This document shows positions 11,543 through 25,755 of a stretch of DNA of 64,000 nucleotides, one piece after another. Numbering within the stretch: position 1 is the stretch's first letter; each line of letters starts with the position of its first letter. A program made the position numbers and the translations under genes. The stretch is from Daphnia carinata (Eukaryota). Below the pieces are notes generated by a model that saw nothing but the letters and a program-made list of their open reading frames with translations, searched no databases and was not told the origin of the DNA. Location of the stretch: positions 4,216,001-4,280,000 of the forward strand of contig NC_081333.1 of NCBI RefSeq assembly GCF_022539665.2, read 5' to 3'.

Positions 11543-13878
11543 CTAATCCAATGCAATCCCATCTGCACCTCTTACCGCGGCTGATTCCACCGAAATCGCG
11601 TACCAAACCTTCTTTGAACGGAGGTAACTAAAGCCGTTATCGAACTCGACGACGTCTAGACACAAGAAAAACCCAACAGTTGAATTTAAAATGGAAAACA
11701 TGCCGCTTGTAGATTAAACAGTTACTTACAGACACCGGTTTCATCGCAATCAAGTTCTCCTTCTTCAGGGGACATCTGACAATCAACTCGATCAGAGGGA
11801 ACGATCGGAATCAGTGCACTTTCTTGTTTCCGGTACACGGCAAACGCAATATCGCCATCTTCGCAATGGAAATTCCACCTTGGATTCATTGTTTAAAAAG
11901 AAAATATTTTATGAATTGCATTATCCTGTGACAATAAAGAGAAACTAATTTACTTTAAAACGCTGCCAGCTTTATCCACTTGGAATTCCAATTGCTCCTT
12001 GGAACCACTCGAAACGGACAACGTTTTCTTATTAGCCGTGTCCGGTTTGCAGCTAAAGTAATAAGATTTTGGAACTTCCCCTCCCATATTCACCTGCATT
12101 TGATGGAATTAATAATTGTAATATAGATTATTTAAAAAAAAAAAAAAAAAAAGAAAACTTGCTATTGTTATGCAGTCAGGGTTGCCATCGGGGTCGGTCA
12201 TAGTTCCTCCGTATGCGGCCGGCAATTCTTCCGGATCAACTTCAGCCAAAATGGCAGCTTTCCACTGTTTCGAATCGTGACCAAAGATTTTGATCTTATC
12301 CCTGGTGCGTTCGTGGATGAATGGCTTCAGTATGGGATAGGCAATGCTGAAGACCTTGGGAGCTGTAACACGTCGTTTAAAGACCTTTCAGGTAAAACAG
12401 GTAAGCAATTCCAGCGTATAAACTACGTACCGTTAATGACGAATACACGGCTGAGATATTCAGGATAGTTGGCTTCATAGATTTGAATAATTTTTATGGC
12501 AGCATCCACAGCTAAATGACATCAAAGAACAATTCACCATTAAATGGGTTATTAAGTGTGAAGCACGTTCGAAAATCACGCGCATTTGCAAGAATTTTCC
12601 AGCCGAAGAAAGCGTAAGGAATTCTATTACAACGCTCTCTAGTTTTTACTTGTTACGTCACTCCTTTCAATTGTTTCAGCGGACCAAAGTATTGAGCTTT
12701 TCAGCTAGGACACGTCTGTTACACACTCAGATGTATTTACCTTGCTTGTTAGTTATGTGCTGCATCGATAAACCTTCCAAGTCGAAGATAACAGTGGTTT
12801 GAACCATAGTATCCGGAGAACGTTTATACTTTTTCGGATCAGAAATGACTCGCCAAATGCTGGTCTCCACCAGGTAGACAACGTACATGATGAAGTCTCT
12901 CTTTTTGGCAGAGCGCAAAATGCCTTTCATATCCATCCTTCCGTATCGCGTAATCCATACTGCAAAAATAAAAAAAAAAAAAAAAAAAAGAATATGATAT
13001 CTTTCACCTATCATCATATTAGAAAACAAAGAATTTGTTTAAAGAAAGTTGATTACAAGGACTTTGCGTTTTATCCCGACCAACCAAACTCGCAGACACG
13101 TAGTTGGTTAACACTTCCGACGGTTTAAGATCATCCCGAATGGTGTCGATTTTGTGTTGACGACGCCATTCCAACGACTACAGTTTAATTGTTAAGAACA
13201 GCGAATTAATTTAACGTGGAAAACAAACATTCTTAGGGATTGTATAAACTACTTACAGTGCGAAGCATTTTTTCAGCTTTAGGAATGTCGAAATCGCGGG
13301 CTAAATAGTTTATAAAGTATTAAGAAATTAAAGACGTCAAAATTTTATTCAACAAGATAACGCATTATACCAATCAGCCAACGTGCAAGGTACGCATCTT
13401 CAGAGTTAGGCAGTTGACAGTCTTTGATTGTCTCGCGAAACTGTCAGTAAACGAAACATAGTCAGTCATACGCGGGCGTGCATCAAAGATAAGTGTGAGA
13501 TCAAAAAGGTAAATAAATAAGTTGGATCAGATCTAAAGCTCGTCCAGCATGAAGCTGTGTTATTGATATAGTTTTAAAATGGGCAAAACCCAATTTACAG
13601 CACGATATAAAGGGTGACATAACGCAGAACACAAGTATCAAACAGATCAATAACTTTTAGCACTGAATTAAGTCCTTCTATCCAGCTGAATAAATCACGA
13701 ATTTAGTATTAGCGATCTACCAAGGTAGCACAGCAATACTACATTTATTAATTAAATGAACTTAAAATATGCATCAGTTCCTCATAATGAAATAGGATTC
13801 AAAAGAACAAATAGAAGTTTTAAAGAATACCTGTTTTAAAATGGCCTTTTGGCTACCACTTAACTGATTGAGATCCAT
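11543..13878 (-). CDS. SEC14-like (CRAL-TRIO/GOLD) protein, paralog 4; multi-exon
   Basis: ATG 13878 (MDLNQLSGSQKAILKQ). Contains WITRYGRMDMKGIL, YEANYPEYLSRVFVIN and EFDNGFSYLRSKKVWY. TAG at 11545-11543. GC donor at 12162. Confidence 0.92.
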
Positions 13879-16127
13879 CTCTTGAGACAGCACAAAGTAG
13901 TGACTGAGGCAAAAACAGCAAATGCGATTCCTCTTTGTGACGTTCAGATTGTTTAATGTAAATATATTGATCGAATATTCTTATCCATCGATGCGATTAG
14001 ATAAAACTGTCTAGTTTGGTGGGTACATGAACGCAACTGTCCCCGGGTATACATGTTCTATCTCTTTATCTATTTTCATAACCATCAGTCGAATGCGTTA
14101 ATGCAACATTTTGATAAAACTAATTCCAATTAAAAGTTCAAGTGCTCCTCCCTTCCTGGAGCTATTTCCCCTGCGCTCAAATAACAAGTGATCTTTGAAC
14201 GGAAGACATCCAGAGAAACCTACCTACCTATCGAATGTTATTGTCACGAACGTAATGGCTCCGTTGACAAACGCGAATCTTTCCGTATCAGTGAATGGTG
14301 GGCGATTGCACCAGGAGACCATTTGAACTTCCTTTCGTGACCTTAAGATAATTACTTATTTCAATTACAGGTAATTAACGGAAGCATTTTTGTTATTCTA
14401 TTGTACATACAAGCAAAACGAAGCATCTCCCCTACAATCACGTGCTACAGTACGTGGGAAAAGCAAAATGTAACGCAGAACTTAACACATGAAATGTAAT
14501 AAAACGTGACGGCTTTACTACACCACGGTCTTTTACTACACCACGAAACTACTGAGAAACGGCAAAAGTCAACCACATAGAATAAGAAAAGAGTTTACGA
14601 ATTTCCAGGTAACCACACCAGAATAATAAGCAAATACGAAGTTTAACTCTAAGACTTTCGCAATTCTCCTCGCACGGCTGCATTTCTTCCAATAGCGAAA
14701 GGCACGTCATACGCAACGATTGCAAACAAAATAAATAGAGCGAAAACAAAAAAAGAGAAATTGAAACGACGTTACAGTTTCATGATTTTATACATAGACT
14801 GTAAAGAACGAGATGAGCCCAGACGCAGATGGGAAACAGATCCAATGGAAAGCCAAGAAGTACAGCGACATCTATTTTTAAGACATCTGTGCTATTACTT
14901 TGTGCTTAGTTCCGAAAATACGTAATTCAAAAGTGGCTAAAAAATGGCTTTCAGAAGTTTGGTATAAGCCATTTGCAAACTCGGTTTCTTATCTCCTAAA
15001 AATTCCTTACAAGAGAAACGAATATCAATGGGTTTTACCTATTTGAAGTAGTTCTAGCTGGTCGCCCGTCCAGCTGGCCTAAATCTGTCCAGCATCATCC
15101 GCCTTTGACTTGACGAACAGATGGTGGACTTTTAATCAAACACACAAAGGCTTAAGAATGATTTACACAAACATATAAATTGAAAACTATGTGACTTTGG
15201 TTTTAGTTTAATAAGACGTATTGTTAGATACAATCTTTGATCAGCATTGAAACGGAAACAGAGGTCAGTTACGACTACGATGAAAAGGCGTGTCGTTGCA
15301 CTTGTCTCTTCCGAAACAATGTGACGATTTTAGTACGTTCTGACATAAGTAAGCAAAATTCAAACCCAACCTCTTTGTTTCAGAAAATGATAGCCTATCC
15401 CCTACACGTGTTTATGTCTAACCTTGTGCCCATTATCTACAAAAATGGAAATTTTGGGGGAACGGTACGAATAAATAAAAGGACGTTCATGTCGTGTTTT
15501 CCTCCTAGAGATATTTTCTTATTACATCAATTTTTTTTCCAGTTTTTAGTATTTCTTCTAAGCAATTAGATATCTTAGGCTTTGGGAGATACGATGTTAT
15601 GTTTCTCCACCTGCAATAAGGCCTTAGAGCATCATCCAACCCAATCAGGATTTTATCAGCCATTGTTATCCACCATGACACGCACTACACAATTGCACAT
15701 AGTACATATTATGCCATAAATTATGTGATTGCCGTTGTGTTTTACTACTCACCCTTTAGCGTTCCCTTTAGCCTTATGCCTGCTTTGGACGCAATTGGAA
15801 TTAATGTTGTGCCGGATTGCCATTCTTTTGACACATGGGAATGTGCGTGTATCACAGAGAACATTTAGCCGACGGATCCGCCATGCAATAAACTTTTTGT
15901 TCTTGTGATTCGGTTGTAAAACAGTTCGTACGAGACAACGGTTACGTTAGGTTCAATGCCAAAATAATTTAATTCATAAAACTTTCGTCACAAGTGAACA
16001 AAAACGAATTCGTTTATTGACCTTTAGTGCATTAATTGCTTCATTTCATGGTTATGGGGCACCCGTCATCTACAGATTTACTACGTAACAGCAGAAATTC
16101 ACTTTTCGTAATTAATTTCATTCCCTG

Positions 16128-17993
16128 TTATTCGATCGTAATCGAATACCAAATCTTCTTTGAGCGAAGGTAACTGAAGCTATTGTCAAATTCTACCACA
16201 TCTACAAAAAATAAAAACAGAATCAGATAAAATGAAAGAGAACAGCTGACCTGGTCACTTACAAACACCGCTAACATTACAATCGATTTCTCCCTCTTCG
16301 GGAGCTACGTCACAATCGACCCGATCGTGAGGAACGACCGGGATCAACTCGCCGCCTTGCTTCCTATACACGGCGAATGCGATGTTACTATCTTCAGAAT
16401 GGAAGTCCCATCTGAAACGAGTATTTAAGAAAGAACTGCAATTGCCAGCTTCAACCGGAAGCAAATAAAAGTGTGTGTACCTTAAAACAGTGTCAGCTTG
16501 ATTGACTTGGAATTCCAATAATTCTTTGGCTCCCCTGGAGATTGACAGTGGCTGCTTGTTCCTAGTGTCAGGTTTGCAGCTAAAATAGTACGACTTTGGG
16601 ATGACTCCACCCATGTTAACCTAAATCCCTCCCCCCAAAAATAGGAATTTAGTGGGAAGATTAAAAAAAATGAGTTTTAACAGAAATTCTACTTTTGTAG
16701 TGCAGTAAGCATTTCCATTGGGATCGGTCATTGTTCCTCCATAGCAAACGGGCAATTCTTGCGGATCAATATCTGCCAAAAGGGCTGCTTTCCATTGGGT
16801 GGAATCCTGATTAAAGATGAATATCTTGTTTCTCGTTTGCTCGTGCATAAAAGGTACCAGCATGGAGAATAATATGGAAAATATTTTGGGTGCGTTGATA
16901 ATAAAAACACGCCGGAGCAATTCCGGATAGTTTGCTTCATATATTTGAATCAGTTGAATAGCCGTATCGACGACTGGGAATGTCAAATAAAATTAAAATA
17001 ATGGTTTAACAATTTTTTTAGGTTAACATTTACCAGGTTTGAAGGTGACGTGATTCATGGAGAATCCTTCCAAATCGAGGATGACTGTTGTTTGGGAGAT
17101 GGCATCTGGGGATCGCTTGAATTTAATTGGGTCCTTTTTCACCACTGAGAAGTAGTGTTCCACTAAAGCAAGCACATACATAACACAATCTTTCTTCTTA
17201 GCTGAAAGTAGGATGCCCTTAACATCCGTCAATCCGTATCGTATGACCATCAGATAGCTGTGAAACTTATCGACGCCAATGTGGCCAGCAGCAAAGTACT
17301 TAGTCAACACTTCCGGAGACTGGAACCACTCTAGCAAAGAGTCGATTTTATACTTGCGTCGCCAATTCATCGACTTTTTTGCGAAAAAAAAAACAAAAAA
17401 TTTGTTGTTAATAAGGGAATACGAAGGTTTTCAAAAATGTGTCACTTACGTCACGTAGCATTTTTTCGGATTTTGTCAAATTAAAGTCACGAGCTGCAAG
17501 AACAAATTGAAACGTTAACTACAATCGAATTGCTTATCAACGTTGTGGATGTTACCGATGAGCCATCGTAGAAGGTAGACATCGTCCGATTCGGGTACAT
17601 TACAATCTCTGACAGCTTCGCGAAACTATAGAAATATAACGAAGAGTCAATGTACCGTACTCCAATTACACGCCAATATGATAAAACAAGAATTAATTGG
17701 TCAAAATCTCTCTGGACTCAACAACCACAATTATCTTGGCAATTAACTTCTTTCCTCAGGTAGAAGATGGTGCCAGTGATGCACACCTGCAGTCGGACTA
17801 ATTATTGCTAAGAAAGAGAAGGTCAATCGCTTTGGAATTCGCAGCCGAAACATTAGATTTTCGTTGGACAAAACGGCAACGCGCTAGCGTATGGAACTTG
17901 AGTTTTCTTCAAAGAAAAATAGTCGTACCTGCCAAACGTCTGTACCTGTTTTAAGATGTTTTTCTGGTCATCACTAAGGTGCCGTAGATCCAT
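16128..17993 (-). CDS. SEC14-like (CRAL-TRIO/GOLD) protein, paralog 5; multi-exon
   Basis: ATG 17993 (MDLRHLSDDQKNILKQ). ORF-track fragments 17023-17370, 16621-16986 and 16255-16614. Ends KKIWYSITIE, TAA at 16130-16128. Confidence 0.92.
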
Positions 17994-18910
17994 GATGAAG
18001 AGGCTACTGATGTCGTAGATGTTGTGCTCAAATTTGACCTTGTAGAGTTTCTTCCTTAGTAATCTTATTCCCCGTTTAAAGTCAACAGATCGATTGTTAT
18101 TCTTCTAAATGTCGTTAAGCTGTTGGGTTTTTGCGAACAGCTACGAGTTGCTTCAGCCGCACTTCACGACCCATGCCACAGAGCCAGCGACAATAACACT
18201 AAACAAGAAGCCTTCCCAGAAAATTTTGAAGGTCGAGCAAGATACGTAGTATCATCTGATAATGACGGAAGACACGCACATAAAGCTGCAGATAAAATTT
18301 AAAAAAAATAGACGATAGCTAGCGAGGAAGTTAAAGCCAAACAGACGTGGCGCAGCACAACAAACTTTGACGACAGTTTCTTTCACACTGAAGAGTCTGA
18401 ATGGGAAGGAAAATTGCATAAGCTTAAAAAATTATGTGTTTGTCACAATCATCTCAATTTTCCAGACGGAGGAATATCGGTTATTCGATATTTTCACGGT
18501 CGGATGCATGCAAGTTGTTATTTTTTTTTTTCAAAATAAAACAAAGTCCACTCGAAATCATCCATTAGTAAACAAAAATTGTCTGATTGTTGCTATAGGA
18601 TTAATGAAAATTGTAACAACTACAGTTTCAATTTCCATATCGAACTAGCTGGTTTTCGTTTTTTTTGCGAAATTATACATTTTTTTCCCTTGTGCAGTTC
18701 GTCTTTAAGAATTGTTGATGCTAAATACATAAACAATAACAAGACAAACTACACAAGAAAATTCAACTGTAACTTCGACGAATAACAAACGATGTTGTAT
18801 TTATCCAACGTTTTCCAAGGGGAAAAAATATATATAATATCTATTTCATTAATTTCTTTTGCTCGATTTTTATTATGTAGTCCATTTTACCCAATTTTTT
18901 TCCATGGAGA

Positions 18911-21434
18911 TTATTGATTTGTTTGTATTTCCGCATCCAAATAATCCAAATTGTTGCCGTTCAAGCAGACCGGTTTGGACGAGTCGATAGTGATCGAGTA
19001 CCAAATCTTTTTCGAACGGAGGTAGCTGAAGCTATTGTCGAATTCCACCACATCTAAACAGTAAGAACAACATAAATGAATGATAATCAAAGTAGATAAA
19101 GAATAGAATAACTTACAAACACCAGTGTAGTCGCAATAGATTTCTCCTTCTTCGGGAGACATGTGACAATCGACGCGATCGTGAGGAACGACGGGAATCA
19201 ATTCATTGCCTTGTTTCCTGTACACGGCAAAAGCGATGTCACTCTCTTCCGAATGAAAATCCCATCTTAGAAAGGTCAATAAAATAATTTAAATGATCTG
19301 GTTCCGAACGTTAAGACCTTTTGAAAATTTTACTTTAACACTGTTCCAGCGTTTTTCACATGGAATTCCAAAAGTTCTTTGGAACCACTTGAGATGGATA
19401 AGCACTTCTTGTCGGTGGTGCTAGATTTTCCATTTAGATAGTAAGACTTGGGTACTTCGCCTCCCATATTGACCTGCAATTTAGTTTAAAGTGTTTAAAT
19501 TACATAGAAAAGAAATTTTTGTATGGTAGTTGCCTTTGTGATGCAATTGGGGTTCCCATCAGGATCAGTCATCGTTCCTCCATAGCAAACAGGCAATTGG
19601 TCTTCGTCGATATCTTCCAGGAGGGCTGCCTTCCATTGTTTAGCATCATGGCTAAAAATTTGAATTTTGTTTCTGGTTTTCTCGTGCATAAATGGTTTCA
19701 ACATAGAGAACAGAACAGAGAAAATCTTAGGAGCATTGATAATGAAGACACGCCGCAGCAGTTCCGGATAGTTTCCCTCGTACAACTGGACCAGTTGAAT
19801 GGCCGTGTCTAAGGCTACGCAAAAAAAAAGTGGAGCAAAAAAATTATATTTAGTTTGTACCGATTGACCTACATACTAACAAACGTTTCTGAAAATCATG
19901 CCTCACAAAAGTGAGCTAACAGTCTAAAGTTAGAGGCATTGGTCCAGTTTGTGGTTTTTTAAAATGATTAATTAAAAAATTTCTTATTTTTGGCTTGAAA
20001 AAAAAACAAACAGACAGTTTACTGTTGTGTTCTCATACATCTAGAACACGTTGGACGTGTCCAGCAGGCAAGTCATCTTACGGATACTTTCTACCGGAAT
20101 CAGCAGGGATACTTGATTTCGTTTCACCGCTAACGGTCCGTAACGTGCAATTACAGTAGGCCAAAATTATAAGCTACTAGAACCCAGAAGAGATACCTGG
20201 TTTGTACGTGATGTGGCGCATCGAAAAACCGGCCATATCAAAGATAACCGTTGACTGGGCAATGGCATCGGGAGAACGCTTGAATTTCTTGGGGTTATTC
20301 CGAACTCTTTGGAAGGTTCTCTCCACTATTTCAATCACGTACATAAGGTAGTCTCTTTTCTTGGCCGAAAGTAGGATGCCCTTCAAATCCATGGCTCCGT
20401 ATCGAACGGCCACCGTGTAGCTATTCAATTTATCCACACCAATGTAGCCGGCAGCAAAGTACTTGGTCAACACTTCCGGTATTTCATAGTCCTGTAGAAC
20501 GGTGTCGACTTTATATTTGCGGCGCCATTCCATCGACTTCATTTAGGAAAAACACCAAGAAATTAAAAATATACCAGATTTAAGCAACAAATAATTTGAC
20601 TTACATTCCGGAGCATCTTTTCAGCCTTGGCCAAATCGAAATCGCGAGCTTATTTGGAGAAAAAAAAATAAAACAGAGATGTGTCATTTGGAAATCAGAA
20701 AATAAAACAAGGTGTTATTACCGATAAGCCATCGCAGTAGATAGACATCGTCAGTTTCTGGTAGTTTGCAATCTTTCACCGCCTCGCGAAACTGTATAGA
20801 ATGAAACGAAAAGTCAGTCAACACACTCGGGCAACAAATTTCAAAACGAAAGTCAGCAACGATGCTGTTAACCTGTTTGACTTTGAAATATTACGAAACA
20901 ACCGGAGAAACTAGAATGACTAGGGCGTTAAGGGAGCACTGTGATTGTCATAGTAAAACTTGATTCAAAACGAAAGAGAAAAGCAAGGTAAAGATTTATG
21001 GTTTTATAGGACATTGTAAAAATCGACTGAGGGAATATTAAACAAGACGAACAAGTGAAAGTTTACATGTGGGTAAGAAAAAACGGATTTTGCTTAGATT
21101 TTCTGCAAATATTATCGTCAAGAAACAAAGCGGGTAGCAGGTGTTAGCTTCTAACGCGAGGTCACGCCGTAAAAAAAAATGTAAGCCTCGAGATTGGGGA
21201 TGGGAACTTTCAGGAAACGGAATGTGGGTAACCGCCTCCAGCTTTTAAAATGCTATGACCGCATTTCTTCAGTAAGTTATTTAATTAACATATAGTTTGT
21301 CGATTTGATTTGATCATCTTTTGGTATGTTACAGGCCGCTGTCCTAGATATCACGAGAAAAGAATGAGAAAATAAGGCCAGCATACCTGCTTCAGGACAG
21401 TTTTCTGATCATCGTTGAGCTGGCCGAGATTCAT
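18911..21434 (-). CDS. SEC14-like (CRAL-TRIO/GOLD) protein, paralog 6; multi-exon
   Basis: ATG 21434 (MNLGQLNDDQKTVLKQ). ORF fragments 20177-20542, 19495-19785 and 18911-19279. GC donor at 19533. A strong minus-strand donor (AAG|GTAAGT) at 21900 suggests a non-coding first exon. Confidence 0.92.
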
Positions 21435-23323
21435 CTCGTGAAAGTAGAATCACTATGACGGAAATCTTATCTGCTTGATAACGGCGTTTTCCTTTAGCGC
21501 TTCCTGTACAATTTTCAATCTTAAAATAACACTTTATTCTTTTCGTTTGTAACTTATTTCCTTTTCTCGAAACTTCTTTACTCACAGAAAGCTAAAACTG
21601 CGCACGCAAACTCGATGCTATTAAATACTATAAATCTACGCAATCAGTCAGGAAGAAAAAAAATCTTTGAAGACGACCACAATTTAAAATAAATCGATGA
21701 GAAAGGGCACGAGATCACACATTCGTGAAACGGTAGACTAAAAACAAGCACTAGAATCGCAGACGTCGAGAAGGAGGTAACAAACACACTACACTCTGGG
21801 ACGGCTGTTTGTATCCTACTGAGGAGTGTGAAGGAAAAGTAACACACTTGTAGGCTGACCAGCAACAGGTACACCTGCACCGGGCACGCATGCAACTTAC
21901 CTTTGCCGGGGGGTACGATGAAATTCTTGGATAATCCTTAAAGGAACCCGTGTCTGATATCACAGACAAAACTATTGGGTGAGAGTTGTTACGACATCTA
22001 TGCTGCTGTAAACGATGATTTCGTCAAGTTCGATTATTACTCAATTAACTACGCTTTAAAATGTTAGACACTTGTTTAAAAATTCAATGCACCACACAAC
22101 GTCGAACGACAAACGCGTTGGAGCCATATCGAACACGGTTTTTTTCTCGTAGAGCGAAAGCTGTATGATGTAGTCAATTTCTTGACTACTTCACCAATCC
22201 TGCTACAAGTGAAAGGCGACGTTGCCAAAAAAGAACACGCGGAAAAATTGGATATCACAAAAATAAAGTTACATTGCCTAAGATAAATTTGAAGCTAAAG
22301 AAACAGAATAGAACGAGAGGGGCAAGTTGTTGTTAAAAATATTACCAGTATCAGCATCGAGATTCCGCAGACCCTTGGACATCACGGCAAAGGACTCCGA
22401 GGGAGTGGTTCGTCACACATTCCATTTCCGACCGAAGAACTCTGCATAAGCCTAATCAACGGGAGAAATACAAAGTTTTTAACACGTCTAGAATTAGCCG
22501 TCTTTCTTTGTTTCTAAAGATTTTCCCTCCCTTGGTTTTAGGCAACATGTCAACCGGAAATCGTACGATGGCTGCCGTCCAATCAGCGACCGACATCTTG
22601 CACCCTTCCATATTTCTTATATGATCGGACAACTAACGTTTTGCCCCGTATAGACCAAATCATGGAAGAGCATTGGTTAAACGTTTCACACAAGATTTTA
22701 CGTATAAACTAATCACGTTTGTTTTTAGCTAGTCAATCGCGTAATATACCCAGCATCAATACTGTCTGTGGCAAGCCGCTTCTCCAAAACCATAGAGAAT
22801 GAGAAACCTCATGTCTTGTGTGGTTTCGTAGAACCAATTGTGTTCGCTTTTGTAATTTTTGCAGATCGTAAGGATCTGTGGTATGGTAACAGCCAAGTTC
22901 GTAAAAGCCTCAAAATCATGCTAAAATGAAAGACCAGACAGCCAGCAAAAATGTTTTACCGGTGCCCTTTGCTTTCAACTGTTTAATACTGTAGCAGTGT
23001 AGCTAGATGCTGGCGACCTACCGATGGTTAGTTACAATCCACCGACTGAACTAAACTTCGGCAATTAACATATCAAACGCAGCCCACGCTAACGTAGGCA
23101 AGAACTTGCATTCGTTTTAGTGTTTTATTTCACTTTGTTTTTAGCACAAATTTGCACGTCGCGAGCTTGTGCCCCTGTGGCTTCGTGCACTCTAACAAGT
23201 CTGGACTGGACTCGGTTTGCCGCCTTCCCGGATATACTGTGCCTGTTGCCACTTTGCCCATTTGTTGAGTGTCGTGCGTAAGTTGCACAATTTCAAAACA
23301 GTTGGCAACGGCACATCTCGAAA

Positions 23324-25314
23324 ATGGCGGCCTCGTCAACAAAACGTGAAAAATCCAAACAAAATCAACGAGAAATATTTGAAACCATAAAATTACAAAC
23401 TAAAGAAGTTATTCAAAGCCGAAAAAACATCAACCACATAATTGAGATTCAATCAAATCTAGAGGTATTTAGCTAATAAGAATTTAGTACCACGTTATCG
23501 AAATGCGCCTTATCCATACCATTCCACGTTTTATTTGTATAGAGTGAAGAAATTGCAGTCATCAAAGCCAGTATTAAGGCTCTTGATAAAATATTTTGTC
23601 ATTTTACTTCAAACGGCTCGCTGTCCGAGGTAGGCCCCCCATTAGAAACAGAGGCAGACAAAACAGTTCGAGAATGGAGCAGGGAACGCTACCAAGAATT
23701 TCAGGATCATCTCTTCAAACTCATCGAAGCAGAACAAATCAGTCTTCAGGAACAAGCCCTAGTTTCTCTCATGCACCTTTTGCAAGCAGAAGGTCAGCAT
23801 CCTCTTCAAAAGTTACCTGAAGGGAAGGAACATATGTTTCCACTTGACTTATTAGAGGTTAGTTTATCCAAATACAATTCATTCTTGCTGACCATATCAC
23901 CAAATTATACTGTAAAAATGCAGAAACTAATGGTTCACATGCTGAACCTTGACAGAGAAGCTGCTCCAGTTATTACACGTTTCCAAGAATTCATGGAATA
24001 TGAGGATGTTTTGTTCCATCTTCTTCGTGTGTTAGGCAAAATTCTAAAAGCACAAACTAATGTTGATGAAAAGTTTCTCAGAAACCTTATTCATATCCTG
24101 GAACATGTCACATTGCATAATTCACCTGTAAAGGAAGAAGAGAAAACTAAACTTTTTTGTTCTAGTAAGACTATATAGCAATTGTTTCTATGAAATTGAC
24201 AACAAAGTTTCTTTTTTTAGACAAAAAACACTTCAAATGGAACTATGGGCAAGCCAAAAAATACTTCAGTACTATTTGGCAACAATTGCTGAGGCATCCT
24301 CTGACTCCAAGTCTCTACAAAAGAGTGCTTGTGATTTTGCCAGACAAGGTTCTTCCTCATTTAGAGAAGCCTTTGTTACTCACAGACTTTCTTATGGAAT
24401 CCTATCGAATTGGTAAAATAGAGCGTAGTATTTCAACTTAAAGTTTTAGAATAATCCCTTTATCGATTAATAGGCGGAGCTGTAAGCATCCTTGCTCTGC
24501 ATGGAGTTTTCCTGCTAATGCAAAACTACAATTTAGAATACCCTGATTTTTACACAAAGCTGTACGCCTTGTTAGAACCTGGTGTGCTTTTCGTCAAATA
24601 CCGCGCCCGCTTTTTTTACCTGTTGGATCTGTTTATGACCTCTACGTAAGCCATTATTTTTTCAGGGACCTTATCCATTTAACTAATTCACATTCACTTG
24701 ATCAGTCATATTCCTGAATATATTGCCGCCGCCTTTGCAAAGCGCCTCTCTCGGTTGGCTCTCATTGCTCCAGCGAACGTCGCAATCTTGCTTCTACATT
24801 TCGTAGGCAACTTGATGATAAGACATCGTGGACTGTCACGGTTGATGCATCATCCGGAGGATCAAAATGGTATATTTTCTTTTTCTGCTATAATGTGTAT
24901 CCGCAATGCATATGTCGCTGACATTTCTGGAAAACTTTAGATGTTACTGATGACCCATACGTGATGAATGAAAATGATCTAACTGCTTGCAAAGCAACAG
25001 ATAGTTCTTTGTGGGAAATCAAAACATTGCAATCACATGTCTTACCAGAGATAGCCAATACGGCCAAATTCATTGAAAGAGATTTGCCAAAGCTTGAATG
25101 GGATGTAAAGCAAGATCTGGAAACCACTTTGGAAGATGTGAGTCACAAAAAAAATTCCTGTATTTCTGTGTTCATCGTTTTTCTTTGGTTGCAGATGCTT
25201 GAGAAAGAGTTGAAACGTAAAAATCCGACTGACGACATACCGATCAACTTCGAAAAGCCAACCAAATTCGCATGTGTAAAGCATGAAAAACTCTCTGTTT
25301 ACTTTGAATTGTGA
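23324..25314 (+). CDS. NOC4L: Nucleolar complex protein 4 homolog (CBF/Mak21 domain); multi-exon
   Basis: ATG 23324 (MAASSTKREK). Spliced exons encode KPLLLTDFLMESY-GGAVSILALHGVFLLMQNYNLEYPDFYTKLYALL, KYRARFFYLLDLFMTSTHIPEYIAAAFAKRLSRLAL and A..SSLWEIKTLQSH, characteristic of Noc4. TGA ends at 25314. Confidence 0.92.
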
Positions 25315-25755
25315 CTTTTCCTGTGCATTTAAAATAAATCGTTTCAACTTGTATTGCCTTGTCGTAACAAGATATTTGAAATAAGAAAGCCCTTAACATT
25401 ACGGTCTTTTCCTTGCTAATTTTCTTGGAATACTTTCTGTACAGCAGCAACAGGTTTTGTTTGACCTATTTCTGCCCTTTCCCTTTCCCCTGCAAACCAC
25501 ATTAGTATAGTCTGAAAGTAGTTGAAGCGGGTACGCGAACATTTACGTGTGAATCAAGCCCATTGTGTCTTTCCATACGTGACGACACTGGTTGGATAAC
25601 TGTATTGAGTGTGATCGAGTCGTTTAGGAAGTTCAAAAATGTAGTCGTTTGGATATTACACCTCCAAAATAATTAACCTACGACAAGAAACATGTGAACG
25701 TATACAATACTATCTGCTGCTAGTAATTGTAGGTGGCAGTATCATTTAAAAGGGT

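Noticed and set aside
23150..23290. GC-richer, weakly self-complementary stretch upstream of NOC4L as a possible structured ncRNA
   Set aside because: No recognisable RNase P/MRP, snRNA or SRP motifs; more simply promoter or 5' UTR sequence.
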